Part shown: piece after piece, positions 1 through 9,544 of the stretch | How positions within the stretch are numbered: the stretch's first letter is position 1 | How the letters are laid out: every line of letters starts with the position of its first letter | NCBI GenBank assembly: GCA_964617335.1 | Contig: CAZTXG010000002.1 | Span: forward strand, 15,912 to 79,911 | Direction: 5' to 3' | DNA: 64,000 bases | Origin: an uncultured Oscillospiraceae bacterium | Lineage (GTDB): Bacteria; Bacillota; Clostridia; Oscillospirales; Oscillospiraceae | Notes under the pieces: model-generated | Databases searched by the model: none | The model's input: only the letters and a program-made list of their open reading frames with translations | Told to the model about the DNA's origin: nothing | Position numbers and translations under genes: made by a program

Positions 1-225
1 GCTGTCAATGTTTTCAATTGCCGCCTGCCCATTGATATGGCCGTTTTCGTCTAATATAACATTGCCGCTTTCGTCAAAGACCAAGTCTGCCGGAGAAAAC
101 ACCGAAGGCGGAGTTTCAGTCTGATTAACAAAAGGGGAGGGGGAGGAAGCTTCTTCAGAGCTTTTGCAGCCTGTTGCCATAAAGGCAAGGGATAAAAGCA
201 GAAGAAAAACCAAAAGTTTTTTCAT
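1..225 (-). CDS. putative secreted lipoprotein (C-terminal part cut by window edge)
   Basis: rc ATG at 225-223 with a GGAGGT RBS (rc of 231-236). My translation MKKLLVFLLLLSLAFMATGCKSSEEASSPSP... is a signal peptide plus lipobox Cys. The frame stays open to position 1. Confidence 0.6.
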   Translation of the reverse strand, partial: MKKLLVFLLLLSLAFMATGCKSSEEASSPSPFVNQTETPPSVFSPADLVFDESGNVILDENGHINGQAAIENIDS

Positions 226-485
226 TGTTAACCTCCAAGATAAAGTTTGTTTGGATAGATGATGATAGGTTTTCCCTGCTGTTCCGACGGAAAAGTCGGA
301 GCTTTGTTCCGCTTATACCCTCTTTTTATAAAAGAAGTGCCGGCATCGGCTTGTGCCGCTGTATTTACGGCAAAAGCTATTTATGGTATGGGACAGTGAT
401 TGCAGCTTAATGAAATATATTAAAATTGAAGCCCATAGGAAAAATGAATAAGCAAACACTTAATCAAAATCAGCCCCCGGGGGGC

Positions 486-514
486 TTGCGCAATAAGAGC
501 TTCAGGCTTATAAT
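486..514 (+). promoter_or_regulatory. sigma-70-type promoter candidate for the ABC exporter gene
   Basis: TTGCGC (486-491), 17-nt spacer, perfect TATAAT (509-514), ~80 nt upstream of the start codon. Confidence 0.45.
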
Positions 515-596
515 GACCTGTGGCAGGCAAAGAGCCTGCTATAAAAAATCATTCAAAGGTGATTTTGCCTTTTTAATAATATAAATGGAGGTAAAA

Positions 597-2330
597 ATGA
601 AGAAACATGAACTAAAAAATCTTGCGGCTTATTATAAGCCCCATATGAAGCTCTTTTTAGCTGACCTATTTTTTGCTACTTTAGGCGCGGCGGCAACCAT
701 TATAATCCCGTTGCTCGTCCGCTATATAGCCACAGAAGTTGTGTATTGGGCCGGAAATGAGGCTGTGAGAGCCATAATTAAAATCGTCGCCTTGATGATA
801 GGGCTTTTGCTTCTTGAAATGTGGTGTAACTATTTTATCACATTTTACGGGCATATGATGGGTGCTAAAATAGAATACACCATGCGAAATGAGCTATTTT
901 CCCATTACCACGAGCTTTCCTTCTCATTTTTCGACGACCAGAAAATCGGTCAGCTGATGTCAAGGGTTACAAATGACCTTTTTGATATAAGCGAACTGCT
1001 CCACCACGGGCCGGAGGAGCTTGTTATATCGGCGATAAAGCTTATAGGCACCTTCTCGGTGCTTCTTGTAATAAACTGGCAGCTTGCCCTTATTGCCTTT
1101 GCCCCTGTGCCTTTTATGCTGTGGTTTGCCATAATATATAACAGGAAGATGAAGTCTGCCTTTGTAAGAAACAGGGCGAGAATAGCGGATATAAACGCCA
1201 CTATGGAAGACAGCCTTTCAGGGGTGCGGGTTGTGCGCTCCTTTGCCAATGAGGAGCATGAAATTGAAAAATTCAGCCGCGGCAACAGGCGCTTTGTAAG
1301 CAGCAAGAAAAATAGCTACCGCTACATGGCAACCTATCATACTGTTTTAAATGCTTTGACCACAATGATAACCATAGCGGTTGCGGGCTTCGGCACCATT
1401 TTGCTGACTCAAGGTCAGGTGAAAATTGAGGATCTTCTTATATTTCTCCTTTACATCAGCAACTTCACAGAGCCTATAAAAAAGCTGGTTTTCATAACGG
1501 AATCCTTCCAAAATGGCCTTTCCGGCTATGAGCGCTTTCGTGAGATGCTCTCTATTGAACCGGAAATCGAGGACGCTCCTGATGCAGTTGAGCTTAGTGA
1601 GGTTAAAGGCGATATACGCTTCGAGGGAGTTTCCTTCAGCTATGGCGACTCCGCCGAAGTATTTGAAAAGCTGGATCTTTTCGTTCCGGCAGGAGATAAT
1701 ATTGCCCTTGTCGGCTCCTCCGGTGTTGGAAAAACCACCCTTTGCAGCCTGATACCCCGCTTTTACGAGGTTTCCGAGGGCAGCATTTCCATAGACGGCA
1801 TCGATATAAGAAAAATAAAAACAAAAAGTCTGCGAGAGCACATAGGCATAGTCCAGCAGGATGTCTATCTTTTTGCCGGCACCGTTATGGAAAACATACG
1901 TTACGGAAAGCCCGATGCAACAGATGAGGAAATAATAGAAGCGGCAAAAAGAGCCAATGCCCATGAGTTTATAATGGAGCTGCCGGAAGGTTATGACTCT
2001 GACGTGGGGCAGTCCGGAGTGAAGCTCTCCGGCGGACAAAAACAAAGACTTTCCATAGCAAGAGTTTTTCTTAAAAACCCGCCCATACTCATTTTTGACG
2101 AGGCCACAAGCGCCTTGGACAACGAAAGCGAGAGGGTTGTTAAAGAATCCATGCAGGAGCTTGCCCGAGGCAGAACAAGCATAGTTATAGCTCACAGGCT
2201 TTCAACTGTGCGAAATGCCCGCCGCATACTGGTTTTGACCCATGAAGGAATAGCCGAGGAAGGCAGCCATGAGGAGCTTCTTGAAAAAGACGGAGCCTAC
2301 TCCGCCCTTTATAATGCCGTGCTGCTTTAG
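597..2330 (+). CDS. ABC transporter, fused permease/ATP-binding protein (MsbA/MDR exporter type)
   Basis: ORF 585..2330. The ATG at 597 is 5 nt after GGAGG (587-591). N-terminal half is hydrophobic 6-TM type. C-terminal NBD has Walker A GSSGVGKTT, signature LSGGQKQR and Walker B ILIFDEATSALD. Confidence 0.9.
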   Translation: MKKHELKNLAAYYKPHMKLFLADLFFATLGAAATIIIPLLVRYIATEVVYWAGNEAVRAIIKIVALMIGLLLLEMWCNYFITFYGHMMGAKIEYTMRNELFSHYHELSFSFFDDQKIGQLMSRVTNDLFDISELLHHGPEELVISAIKLIGTFSVLLVINWQLALIAFAPVPFMLWFAIIYNRKMKSAFVRNRARIADINATMEDSLSGVRVVRSFANEEHEIEKFSRGNRRFVSSKKNSYRYMATYHTVLNALTTMITIAVAGFGTILLTQGQVKIEDLLIFLLYISNFTEPIKKLVFITESFQNGLSGYERFREMLSIEPEIEDAPDAVELSEVKGDIRFEGVSFSYGDSAEVFEKLDLFVPAGDNIALVGSSGVGKTTLCSLIPRFYEVSEGSISIDGIDIRKIKTKSLREHIGIVQQDVYLFAGTVMENIRYGKPDATDEEIIEAAKRANAHEFIMELPEGYDSDVGQSGVKLSGGQKQRLSIARVFLKNPPILIFDEATSALDNESERVVKESMQELARGRTSIVIAHRLSTVRNARRILVLTHEGIAEEGSHEELLEKDGAYSALYNAVLL

Positions 2331-2374
2331 CTTAAAAGCTGCTGTGCAAAGCTTTTTATCAGGCATTTTCAATT

Positions 2375-2418
2375 AAAAAAAGAGGAGGCGGACTAAAAAA
2401 TCCGCTTCCTCTTTTTTA
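2375..2418. terminator. bidirectional rho-independent terminator (ABC exporter / rpoN convergent pair)
   Basis: AGAGGAGGCGGA (2381-2392) pairs with TCCGCTTCCTCT (2401-2412). Flanked by an A-run upstream and a T-run downstream. Confidence 0.75.
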
Positions 2419-2579
2419 ATATCCGGCTGACAAAAAGTGACCTTATAGCGTTATGAATGCATGGTCTTCGTTCTTCCCAGACCGTCTGCCTTTTAGATAT
2501 CTAAGCCAAAAGCCCTGGAAGGAAAAAGCTTTTCCAACAAAGTTTTATAAGCAGCTTTGCTATAAGAAAGCACAGGGGC

Positions 2580-3899
2580 CTAAGAGTAAATGCGTCTTCT
2601 AAAGGAAGGGGGTATGCCCATTTCATCGCGGTATTTTGCAACGGTGCGCCGGCTGACGTTTATGCCTGTGCGGCGCAGGGCATCCACTATTGCCTCATCG
2701 CTCATGGGGGACCTGCGGTCCTCGTTGTGGATTATGGCCTGAATACTGCTTTCAATGCCGATTTTTGTAATCAGGGGGTGGGAATCAACAGAACTTTTCG
2801 GGAAAAAGTAGTCCGTGGGGAACATCCCCCAGGAGCACTCCACATATTTGTCCTTTAAGGCACGGCTGACTGTGGATTCACTTCTGCCAATTTTCTCGGC
2901 AAGCTCTTTCCGGTTATAGGGCCGCAGAGACTCAGGGCCAAACTCGAAAAAATCACGCTGACTTGCAAGAAGCTGGGAAGCGCAGGCCATAAGGGTTTCG
3001 CAGCGCTGACGGATACTGTCTTTAAGCCACTGAGCCTTTTTCATATTATTGTCAAGAAAGCTTCGGACAGTTTCGTTGTCCGTCTCGTTATATATTTTAA
3101 TGTAGGTGTCATCGATAATTAAACTATCGGCGGCGATTTGGTTAAGCTCAACCACAAATTGACCGTCTTTTTTTATAATCCTTATATCCGGAGATATATA
3201 CTCATTTCCTGCAAGGCGCCCCTCAAGCATTAGGGGCTTGGGGTTCAAAGAGCGTATGGCCTGCTGGGCATTTACAACTCTATGGAGGGGGATGCCGGTT
3301 TTTCTGGCGATTTGGGGAAGCTTGTTTTTTCCCAAAAGCTCAAGATGGCTTTGTGCCACCTTCCATGCATCGCTGTCTTTAAGACCACGGCGCTCAAGCT
3401 GAAGCAGGATGCATTCTCTGGGGTTAAAGGCGCCGACTCCGGCAGGCTCCAAAGACTGAAGGGCATCTAAAGCTGTTTTAAGATCGTCAAGAGAAAGATG
3501 GGCTGCCTGAACCAGCCTTTCAACATCGTCATAGCAGAGGTAGCCGTTTTCGTCCAGCAGATATATAAGGGCATAGCCTATGCGCTGGATATGCTCGGGC
3601 AGCTTTAACATGGCAAGCTGGATGCGAAGTGACACTATGGGCGAATCATTGTCGTCTGTAACACGCTCGGATATATCGTCGCTGTCTCCGTATTCGGGAC
3701 GGAAGCGGGAGGAGCGGCGGCACTTTTCCGCATAATCTATGCTATCAAAGGTGATGACGGGGTTTTCCTCGATTTCTTTTACAAGGTACTCGTAAAGCTC
3801 TGCCGAGGGCATTTGCAAAACAGAAAGAGATTGGAGCATACGGGGAGACAGTATTTGCGCCTGCTCCTGAAGCTGCTGTGCGCCGAATCCATAATCCAT
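2580..3899 (-). CDS. rpoN: RNA polymerase sigma-54 factor
   Basis: 439 aa. Gln-rich N-terminus (GAQQLQEQAQILSPRMLQSLSVLQM) and a C-terminal RpoN box (SRRTVAKYRDEMGIP). Confidence 0.9.
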   Translation of the reverse strand: MDYGFGAQQLQEQAQILSPRMLQSLSVLQMPSAELYEYLVKEIEENPVITFDSIDYAEKCRRSSRFRPEYGDSDDISERVTDDNDSPIVSLRIQLAMLKLPEHIQRIGYALIYLLDENGYLCYDDVERLVQAAHLSLDDLKTALDALQSLEPAGVGAFNPRECILLQLERRGLKDSDAWKVAQSHLELLGKNKLPQIARKTGIPLHRVVNAQQAIRSLNPKPLMLEGRLAGNEYISPDIRIIKKDGQFVVELNQIAADSLIIDDTYIKIYNETDNETVRSFLDNNMKKAQWLKDSIRQRCETLMACASQLLASQRDFFEFGPESLRPYNRKELAEKIGRSESTVSRALKDKYVECSWGMFPTDYFFPKSSVDSHPLITKIGIESSIQAIIHNEDRRSPMSDEAIVDALRRTGINVSRRTVAKYRDEMGIPPSFRRRIYS

Positions 3900-3953
3900 T
3901 GTGCAAAGTCACCTCCTTATTTTAGCCATGTTTTTATGTGTTATTACAGTGTC

Positions 3954-4517
3954 TTATTCTTGCATCCTATCCTTACTGAAAAAGTTTGTTTTAATAAATC
4001 TCTTAAGAAGATAATGTGCTGCAAAGGCTGCCAGTGTTCCCACAATAATACCGCCTAAAATATCTGTGGGGTAATGGACTCCAACATACAGCCTTGAAAG
4101 GGATATTGCCGCTGCTAAGATATAAGACCAGGCGCCTTTTTTGCCGAAGGCCAAGCTAAGGCCCGCGGCAGAGGCAAAGCTTGCGTTTGTGTGGCCGGAG
4201 GGGAAGGAAAAGGAAGTTTCCGGCGGCACAAGTATAGAAAGCCCTTCTATCATCTCATAGGGCCTTGTTCTGGCGAAAAGGTCTTTTAAAACCAAATCGT
4301 TTAAAAGAAAGGCAAGAAGCAGGCACATGAGCATTTCAAAGCCGCCCCGTCTGGTTTTTTTCGGGATAAGCAGGGCGAGGCCGAGGATTATCCATATAAT
4401 GCCGTTGTCGCCCAGCTTAGTTATAAAAGTTACTATAGGGTTTAAAAATTCATTTCTAAGGTGTTCCTGTATGAACAAAAGAACCGATGCGTCAAAATTA
4501 AAAATTGCTTCCGTCAT
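3954..4517 (-). CDS. PAP2-family lipid phosphatase (undecaprenyl-diphosphatase / phosphatidate phosphatase type)
   Basis: 187 aa membrane protein carrying the three PAP2 motifs KDLFARTRP, PSGH and SRLYVGVHYPTD. Confidence 0.8.
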   Translation of the reverse strand: MTEAIFNFDASVLLFIQEHLRNEFLNPIVTFITKLGDNGIIWIILGLALLIPKKTRRGGFEMLMCLLLAFLLNDLVLKDLFARTRPYEMIEGLSILVPPETSFSFPSGHTNASFASAAGLSLAFGKKGAWSYILAAAISLSRLYVGVHYPTDILGGIIVGTLAAFAAHYLLKRFIKTNFFSKDRMQE

Positions 4518-5227
4518 GACTTAAGCTCCACTATATCATTTTCTTCCATTTGCAGCTCCCTGGGGTGATATACTCTTTTTTGGGCGGGGATAAAGCCGCG
4601 GATGTTGGTGAGAGGGTATATCCAGCTATATGGGCCTATGTGGCTGCCCGGCTGGGTAACGCAATTTGCCCCCAGCCTTGCGCTGTCCCCAAGAATACAG
4701 CCGAAAAAGCTATCCCCCAAATCCACCTGCTCGCCGTCAATTTTTATGGTGGCGTTAGACTGGTTGAATTTCCGGTTAGCGGTTATGACTCCGCTGCCGA
4801 TTCTGGCGCTTGCCCCCAAAACACAGTCTCCCGCAAAGGCGAGGGAAGCAACCTTTGAGCCGCCGAACATCACACAGTGTTTAAGCTCGCTGCCGTGGCC
4901 GACACAGCAGCCGTCGGCAATTATGCTGTTTGGACGAATTACAGCGCCGGGCATAATCTCACAATTTCTTCCTATATAAACAGGACCTATAACAGTAACG
5001 TCATTATAGATAACAGTGCCTTCGCCTATATAGTAGTTTCCGTGGAGATTCGGAGCGCTGCCACGGATTTCCCCGTGGTTTTCCATTATATTTTTATCAA
5101 CAAGAGTATCCTTTAAGTATACTTTTGCCTTCTGAAGTATCTCATAGGTTTCCGTAAGCCCGTCAAAAAAGTGAGGAACGGGGAATTTTTCGAGTTTTTT
5201 AAAGTAATAGCTTATTTTTGTTGACAT
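4514..5227 (-). CDS. hexapeptide-repeat (left-handed beta-helix) transferase-like protein
   Basis: 237 aa. Repeated [LIV]-G-x4 hexapeptides run through residues ~60-200 (GEGTVIYNDVTVIGPVYIGRNCEIMPGAVIRPNSII...). Its stop overlaps the start of the PAP2 gene. Confidence 0.55.
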   Translation of the reverse strand: MSTKISYYFKKLEKFPVPHFFDGLTETYEILQKAKVYLKDTLVDKNIMENHGEIRGSAPNLHGNYYIGEGTVIYNDVTVIGPVYIGRNCEIMPGAVIRPNSIIADGCCVGHGSELKHCVMFGGSKVASLAFAGDCVLGASARIGSGVITANRKFNQSNATIKIDGEQVDLGDSFFGCILGDSARLGANCVTQPGSHIGPYSWIYPLTNIRGFIPAQKRVYHPRELQMEENDIVELKS

Positions 5228-5281
5228 TCTTTCCTCCTTTTGCTTTATGAAGCAAGAGCCATGGTTTTTTGCTCTTTGGCC

Positions 5282-6220
5282 TTAATATTTATATATGCCG
5301 CCGCCTATAAATTCACGCAGCAAAGACTCCGGTGCCACAAGAGCCGGATCTATAGCTTCAAACTTATCAAAGGCGGGCACTATGGAGCGAAGCTCCTGAT
5401 AGCGGGGGGTACCCTCGGGCACACCACGGAAAAGATCCTCGGCTATGGTTTTCATCACGCAGACCTCATAGGCAAAAGAGGAGTCAAACTTTAAAGCGGC
5501 CTTATCTTTAAAGGGGCTTATATTCAACTTTTCACCTCGGCGGACATTTGCCCAAAGGCTGAGGGTATATTCCGGCGCTGCCCCGCGGAACTTATAGTCC
5601 CGCACAACCCGGCGGACAAGGCGCATCCAAGTGCCCTTAAAGCAGACAGAGCCGTTTTCGTCCTCAACATTGGAGCGGGCGCTTATATATAGCTTCAGCG
5701 CATCGGGGTGGGCATCGGTTAACTCATCGTTTAAAGCGTGTATGCCTTCAACTACGACAACATCGTTTTTACCTATTTTTAAAGTCTGCGAGGGTTTATC
5801 TGCCCTGCGCTGCTCGGAAAATATATATTTGGGCACATCTATTGGGCCGCCTTCTCTAAGCCGATTGAAATGCTCGGTTAGAAGGTCCATATCAACACAA
5901 TGGGGGGATTCCAAATCGATTTTACCGTCTTGAGTTTTGGGTGAATTGTTATTTACCGTGCGAAAATAGCTGTCCATAGCCAAGGCATGGGTCATAATAC
6001 CGCGGGAGCGAAGCTCCTCTTCAATTTTTTTGGAAGTTGTGGTTTTGCCGCTTCCCGAAGGGCCGGAGATAAGAACAATAGGACTGTTTGAAAGGTTTTC
6101 CACAATCAGATCCGCAGCGTGAACCACCCTGTCGTGGTAAATTGAATCACATTTTCTGATTAATTCCTCAGGATTATTTCTAGCCATGCTATTAATTTCG
6201 TCTATTTTGTATGCTACCAT
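5282..6220 (-). CDS. uridine-kinase / phosphoribulokinase-family P-loop nucleoside kinase
   Basis: Start taken at the internal ATG 6220 (MVAYKIDEINS...), which overlaps the hemZ stop (ATGgTAG). The 57-aa N-terminal extension in ORF 5282..6391 lies inside hemZ. P-loop is GPSGSGKTT. Confidence 0.65.
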   Translation of the reverse strand: MVAYKIDEINSMARNNPEELIRKCDSIYHDRVVHAADLIVENLSNSPIVLISGPSGSGKTTTSKKIEEELRSRGIMTHALAMDSYFRTVNNNSPKTQDGKIDLESPHCVDMDLLTEHFNRLREGGPIDVPKYIFSEQRRADKPSQTLKIGKNDVVVVEGIHALNDELTDAHPDALKLYISARSNVEDENGSVCFKGTWMRLVRRVVRDYKFRGAAPEYTLSLWANVRRGEKLNISPFKDKAALKFDSSFAYEVCVMKTIAEDLFRGVPEGTPRYQELRSIVPAFDKFEAIDPALVAPESLLREFIGGGIYKY

Positions 6221-7677
6221 AGGGTCTCCTTTATTTTTTCCTTGCTTTTTATAATTTTGTCTATGCCATTTATATACTCTGCCGGATATTTGGGGTTGAA
6301 AATTCTTTCCAGCCGCCCGTTTTCCGCGCAAAGCTTTGTAGAGGCGCCGCCGCCCATAGAAATGATGCTGCAAAGCTCCTCCATTATACATATGTTATAA
6401 ATATTCCCTTTGCTGCCCCGCTGCCAACCGATATTTTCAAAGCCGCCGGACATATATTTCTGCCTGTAAAGATAGTATGGCTCATAACCCGCGGAAAAAA
6501 GCGAGGCACTTGCGTATTCCAGCATTTCCGAAACCTGTTTTGCTGTGGGCTTTCCCGTTTCTTCAAGCATAATGCTGCTGCCTTTTTTAAGGGAAAGGGT
6601 GTGTACGGTGATATTTTCCGGAGCTATTTCCAAAACAGTGTCCAAGGTTTTTTTAAAGGTATCCGGAGTGTCCAAAGGAAGCCCCGCTATAAGGTCCATA
6701 TTTATTTCAAGGCCGCCCACAATAGCCGCCTCATCCAAGGCACGAAAAATATCTTTTGCTGTGTGGCGGCGGCCTATGGCCTCAAGAACCCTGTCGTCCA
6801 TGGTTTGGGGGTTTATGCTGACCCGTGTAACGCCGTGAGCCTTTAAAACTCTTAGCTTTTCCACGTTTATGGTGTCTGGCCGGCCGGCCTCAACAGTAAA
6901 TTCCCGAAGAGAGCTAAGGTCAAAGGCCGAATAAAGCTTTTCGCAAAGCTTGTGAAGCTGATCTGCCGAAAGAGTTGTTGGGGTGCCTCCCCCAAGGTAA
7001 AGAGAGATAGGTCGAAGCTTAAGCTCTTTTAAAACTGCGGCTGTGGCCTCAATTTCGGAATAAAGAGCCTCCAGAAAAGGCGGGATAAGCTCCATGCTTT
7101 TTGAGACAGACTGACTTACAAAACTGCAATATGAGCAGCGTGTGGGGCAAAAAGGTATGCCCACATAAAGACAGACATCTCCAGGCGAAAGACAGGCTGA
7201 GCAGGCAAGACCGGCACGGGCAGCGTATAGGCATAAAAGCGCCCTGTCCCTAGATACGTCATAGTCTTTGCAAAACCGTGAAACAGCCAGAGCCTCGCTC
7301 ATCCCTTCTTCAAGAAGGTTTGACATAAGCTTTGCCGGACGTATGCCCGTGAGAGCCCCCCAGATAGGGCGGGGCAGACCGGAACGTATCACTGCACGAT
7401 AAAATGAGAGCCTTATTATCTTCTGGAGATAACGGTCTTTAGAAAGCTCATCTGTAATCATGTGTTTTGCTGCAGAGGCCCTGCCTATATACTTTTTGCC
7501 GGAAAGATTAAGAGAGCAAAAGGCGGTATAATATTTTTCACCCTTGGAAAGTGAGAGGCATACCCTGTCTCCCGAAGGGGGCCCTTCGGGGTATTCGGGT
7601 TTTTCGCCGGGGAACAGAGAAAGCAAAATCTGCTCGGCGGCATATTTGTAATTATGGCCGGAAAAATAAATTCTCAT
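6214..7677 (-). CDS. hemZ: radical-SAM coproporphyrinogen-dehydrogenase-like protein, HemZ type
   Basis: 487 aa. Radical-SAM CxxxCxxC motif (GIPFCPTRCSYCSF). The long N-terminal domain preceding the HemN-like core is typical of clostridial HemZ. Confidence 0.7.
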   Translation of the reverse strand: MRIYFSGHNYKYAAEQILLSLFPGEKPEYPEGPPSGDRVCLSLSKGEKYYTAFCSLNLSGKKYIGRASAAKHMITDELSKDRYLQKIIRLSFYRAVIRSGLPRPIWGALTGIRPAKLMSNLLEEGMSEALAVSRFCKDYDVSRDRALLCLYAARAGLACSACLSPGDVCLYVGIPFCPTRCSYCSFVSQSVSKSMELIPPFLEALYSEIEATAAVLKELKLRPISLYLGGGTPTTLSADQLHKLCEKLYSAFDLSSLREFTVEAGRPDTINVEKLRVLKAHGVTRVSINPQTMDDRVLEAIGRRHTAKDIFRALDEAAIVGGLEINMDLIAGLPLDTPDTFKKTLDTVLEIAPENITVHTLSLKKGSSIMLEETGKPTAKQVSEMLEYASASLFSAGYEPYYLYRQKYMSGGFENIGWQRGSKGNIYNICIMEELCSIISMGGGASTKLCAENGRLERIFNPKYPAEYINGIDKIIKSKEKIKETLW

Positions 7678-7843
7678 ATCAATTTAGAATACCTTTTCTT
7701 TTATCCCTAGTCAAGCAAAAATGAGCATATATCCTAAAATCTTACAAAATGATAAGGTGAAAACAGGAGATAATATACTGTCGGAGCTTATTTAGCGACA
7801 TACTTCTACCGAAAAAGCCGGCTATATAAGGATAAAATCATAA

Positions 7844-7877
7844 GGGGACACCGCAAGAAAAATCTTGCGGTATCCCC
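7844..7877 (-). terminator. stem-loop terminator candidate downstream of the GNAT gene
   Basis: GGGGACACCGCAAG / CTTGCGGTATCCCC, a 14-bp stem 27 nt past the stop at 7904. The U-tract is weak. Confidence 0.5.
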
Positions 7878-7903
7878 TTAAAGCTTTCGACAATTATTCT
7901 TGG

Positions 7904-8473
7904 CTAACAACAGGATTCAGAACTTGCGCTGCAGGATTCACACTGCATCTGCTTTATCATGTCGCAGTCACAGCCGCCGGCCTTATCTGTCTGTATGCGG
8001 CGCTCCACTAAAACAAGACTGCGCCAGACCCCAAAGCGGTCTTTTGCAACCCTTTCTCTTGTTCCAACTGTGCGGAAGGAGCATTTTTCAAAGACAGAAA
8101 GCTTTGGGCGGTTAGACTCAAACACTTCAGCCTCCAAAAGCCAGTAGCCGGCTTTTTCGGATTCCTCCGCCAGAGCGGATAAAAGCTCTGCGGCAGCTTC
8201 GCCCCCGCTGTGGTCGGCATCAAGGTATATGCTAACAGAGGCCACGCCTTTATAAGCCTCCAAAGGTGACACGGAGGAGAGAGCTGCCCAGCCCACAACA
8301 CTGTAATCATCCTCAATTACAAGGCGGCAGTCCGGCAGGTTGCTTACATCCCACTGGTCAAAATCCGGACATTCAAGGAGAAAGCTGTCGTTGTTAGATT
8401 GAATGGCCTGGTATAAAATCTCAACAGCCTCGGGCCAGTCGCCCCGTTCCATAGGTCTTATGTTTAGTTCCAT
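7904..8473 (-). CDS. GNAT N-acetyltransferase (phosphinothricin-acetyltransferase-like) with a Cys-rich C-terminal tail
   Basis: ORF 7904..8485. The ATG at 8473 is 5 nt after GGAGG, so I prefer it. GNAT core spans NIRPMERGDW...GVGWAALS...GGEAAAELL. The last ~27 aa contain 6 Cys. Confidence 0.7.
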   Translation of the reverse strand: MELNIRPMERGDWPEAVEILYQAIQSNNDSFLLECPDFDQWDVSNLPDCRLVIEDDYSVVGWAALSSVSPLEAYKGVASVSIYLDADHSGGEAAAELLSALAEESEKAGYWLLEAEVFESNRPKLSVFEKCSFRTVGTRERVAKDRFGVWRSLVLVERRIQTDKAGGCDCDMIKQMQCESCSASSESCC

Positions 8474-8552
8474 AAGCGCCTCCATAAATTTTATTTTATA
8501 TTCCCGTTCTTTAAATCAGAAAAAGCACGGGTAAAGGTCTGCATTTTAAAAA

Positions 8553-9170
8553 CTATAATGAATCAAGATAAGAAGAAACATCAAAAGGTTCAACAGGCAG
8601 GTCTTTTCTAAGATAAAGGGGGTGATGGGGGTGGCCCTTTAAAGTGCGTTTTCCAACCTTTAGCCAAAGGGCCTCATACTTTTGGCCAATCTCAGTCATG
8701 TCTCTAACACAAGAGGCCAGGTATGAGCGCTTTTCGATCACGGCGCCCCAGGCTGCCCATATATGGGGACGGCCAGAGGGGCCAAGCTCTGAGAGCATAT
8801 ATTCAAAGGCTTTCATATTTTCACGGTGCAGCTGGGAATTTATTGTCTTATCCATATCGTTAGGCCGGGTTGCCCGCTGGGCGTAGACATTAAACATTAT
8901 AAAGCTGTCGAAGCCGTTTCCCTCGGCTATCCGTGAAACAGACTTTAAGGTGTTGTCTAAAGCGCCGGGAACGGCAGTTGAGGGGTTAACGCCGATACAA
9001 ATAAGAGGATTTTGTCCCCTTGTCCCCAAGATATAGCGGTATTCCGAGTAAAGCTCGGGTATGTAAATCCACTTTTCCCTATCGTAAGAGCAGGGCTCAA
9101 GACGCTGGGAAAGGGCTTCGGAAAAAGATAAAACGGAAACATTTTGAGTACAGGCTGCCGGTATATGCAT
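8553..9170 (-). CDS. DUF1643-family protein
   Basis: Has GVNPSTA (the NPSTA motif) and a C-terminal GHPHHPLY, both typical of DUF1643. The ATG at 9170 is 8 nt after AAGGTGG; the ORF-track start at 9182 is a GTG. Confidence 0.55.
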   Translation of the reverse strand: MHIPAACTQNVSVLSFSEALSQRLEPCSYDREKWIYIPELYSEYRYILGTRGQNPLICIGVNPSTAVPGALDNTLKSVSRIAEGNGFDSFIMFNVYAQRATRPNDMDKTINSQLHRENMKAFEYMLSELGPSGRPHIWAAWGAVIEKRSYLASCVRDMTEIGQKYEALWLKVGKRTLKGHPHHPLYLRKDLPVEPFDVSSYLDSL

Positions 9171-9452
9171 ATGTAAATCCACCTTTTTTTGCTTATTCGA
9201 TTGTATGTCTCTTGAAGGTCAAAGTCAAGAGCATATAAAAGCCGCCTTGCTCATAGGGGGGCAAAATTAGAAAAAATCAAAGAGAAGCTGAAGATTAAAA
9301 ACAATACATTATTGCATGAATCCTTTGTCCCAACGCCGGAAGCAGCATGAATTTACTTGAAATATTATCCAAAAGTATTTAGCAACTTTTATATGGAACA
9401 ACAAATTTTTAGAGCAATTTTAACAAAAAATCAAAATGACTCACAAAATTTC

Positions 9453-9481
9453 TTGCACATCTTGCCATAGGGGAATAGAGT
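9453..9481 (+). promoter_or_regulatory. weak sigma-70-type promoter candidate for module 1
   Basis: TTGCAC (9453-9458), 17-nt spacer, TAGAGT (9476-9481), ~60 nt upstream of the ATG at 9545. Confidence 0.3.
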
Positions 9482-9544
9482 GTATCCGTATGGTGAAGAC
9501 AAACAGCAAATACAGGCTCTATAATTAAACACAGGAGGAGAATC

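Noticed and set aside
225-410. 61-aa plus-strand ORF in the first intergenic region.
   Set aside because: No RBS and an odd composition. The region is better explained as the divergent promoter and leader DNA between the lipoprotein and ABC exporter genes.
5282-6391. N-terminally extended ORF-track versions of several genes: 5282-6391, 35975-37069, 43817-44485, 40221-42260, 56177-58099 and 42332-42691.
   Set aside because: The extensions overlap the upstream gene in another frame and lack an RBS. Internal ATGs preceded by GGAGG-type RBSs give N-termini matching the protein families, and those are the coordinates used in the feature list.
9453-9466. sigma-54-like TTGCAC...TTGCC upstream of module 1.
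   Set aside because: The GG/GC spacing is 9 instead of 11 and the -24 GG is degenerate. It fits better as a weak sigma-70 -35 box.
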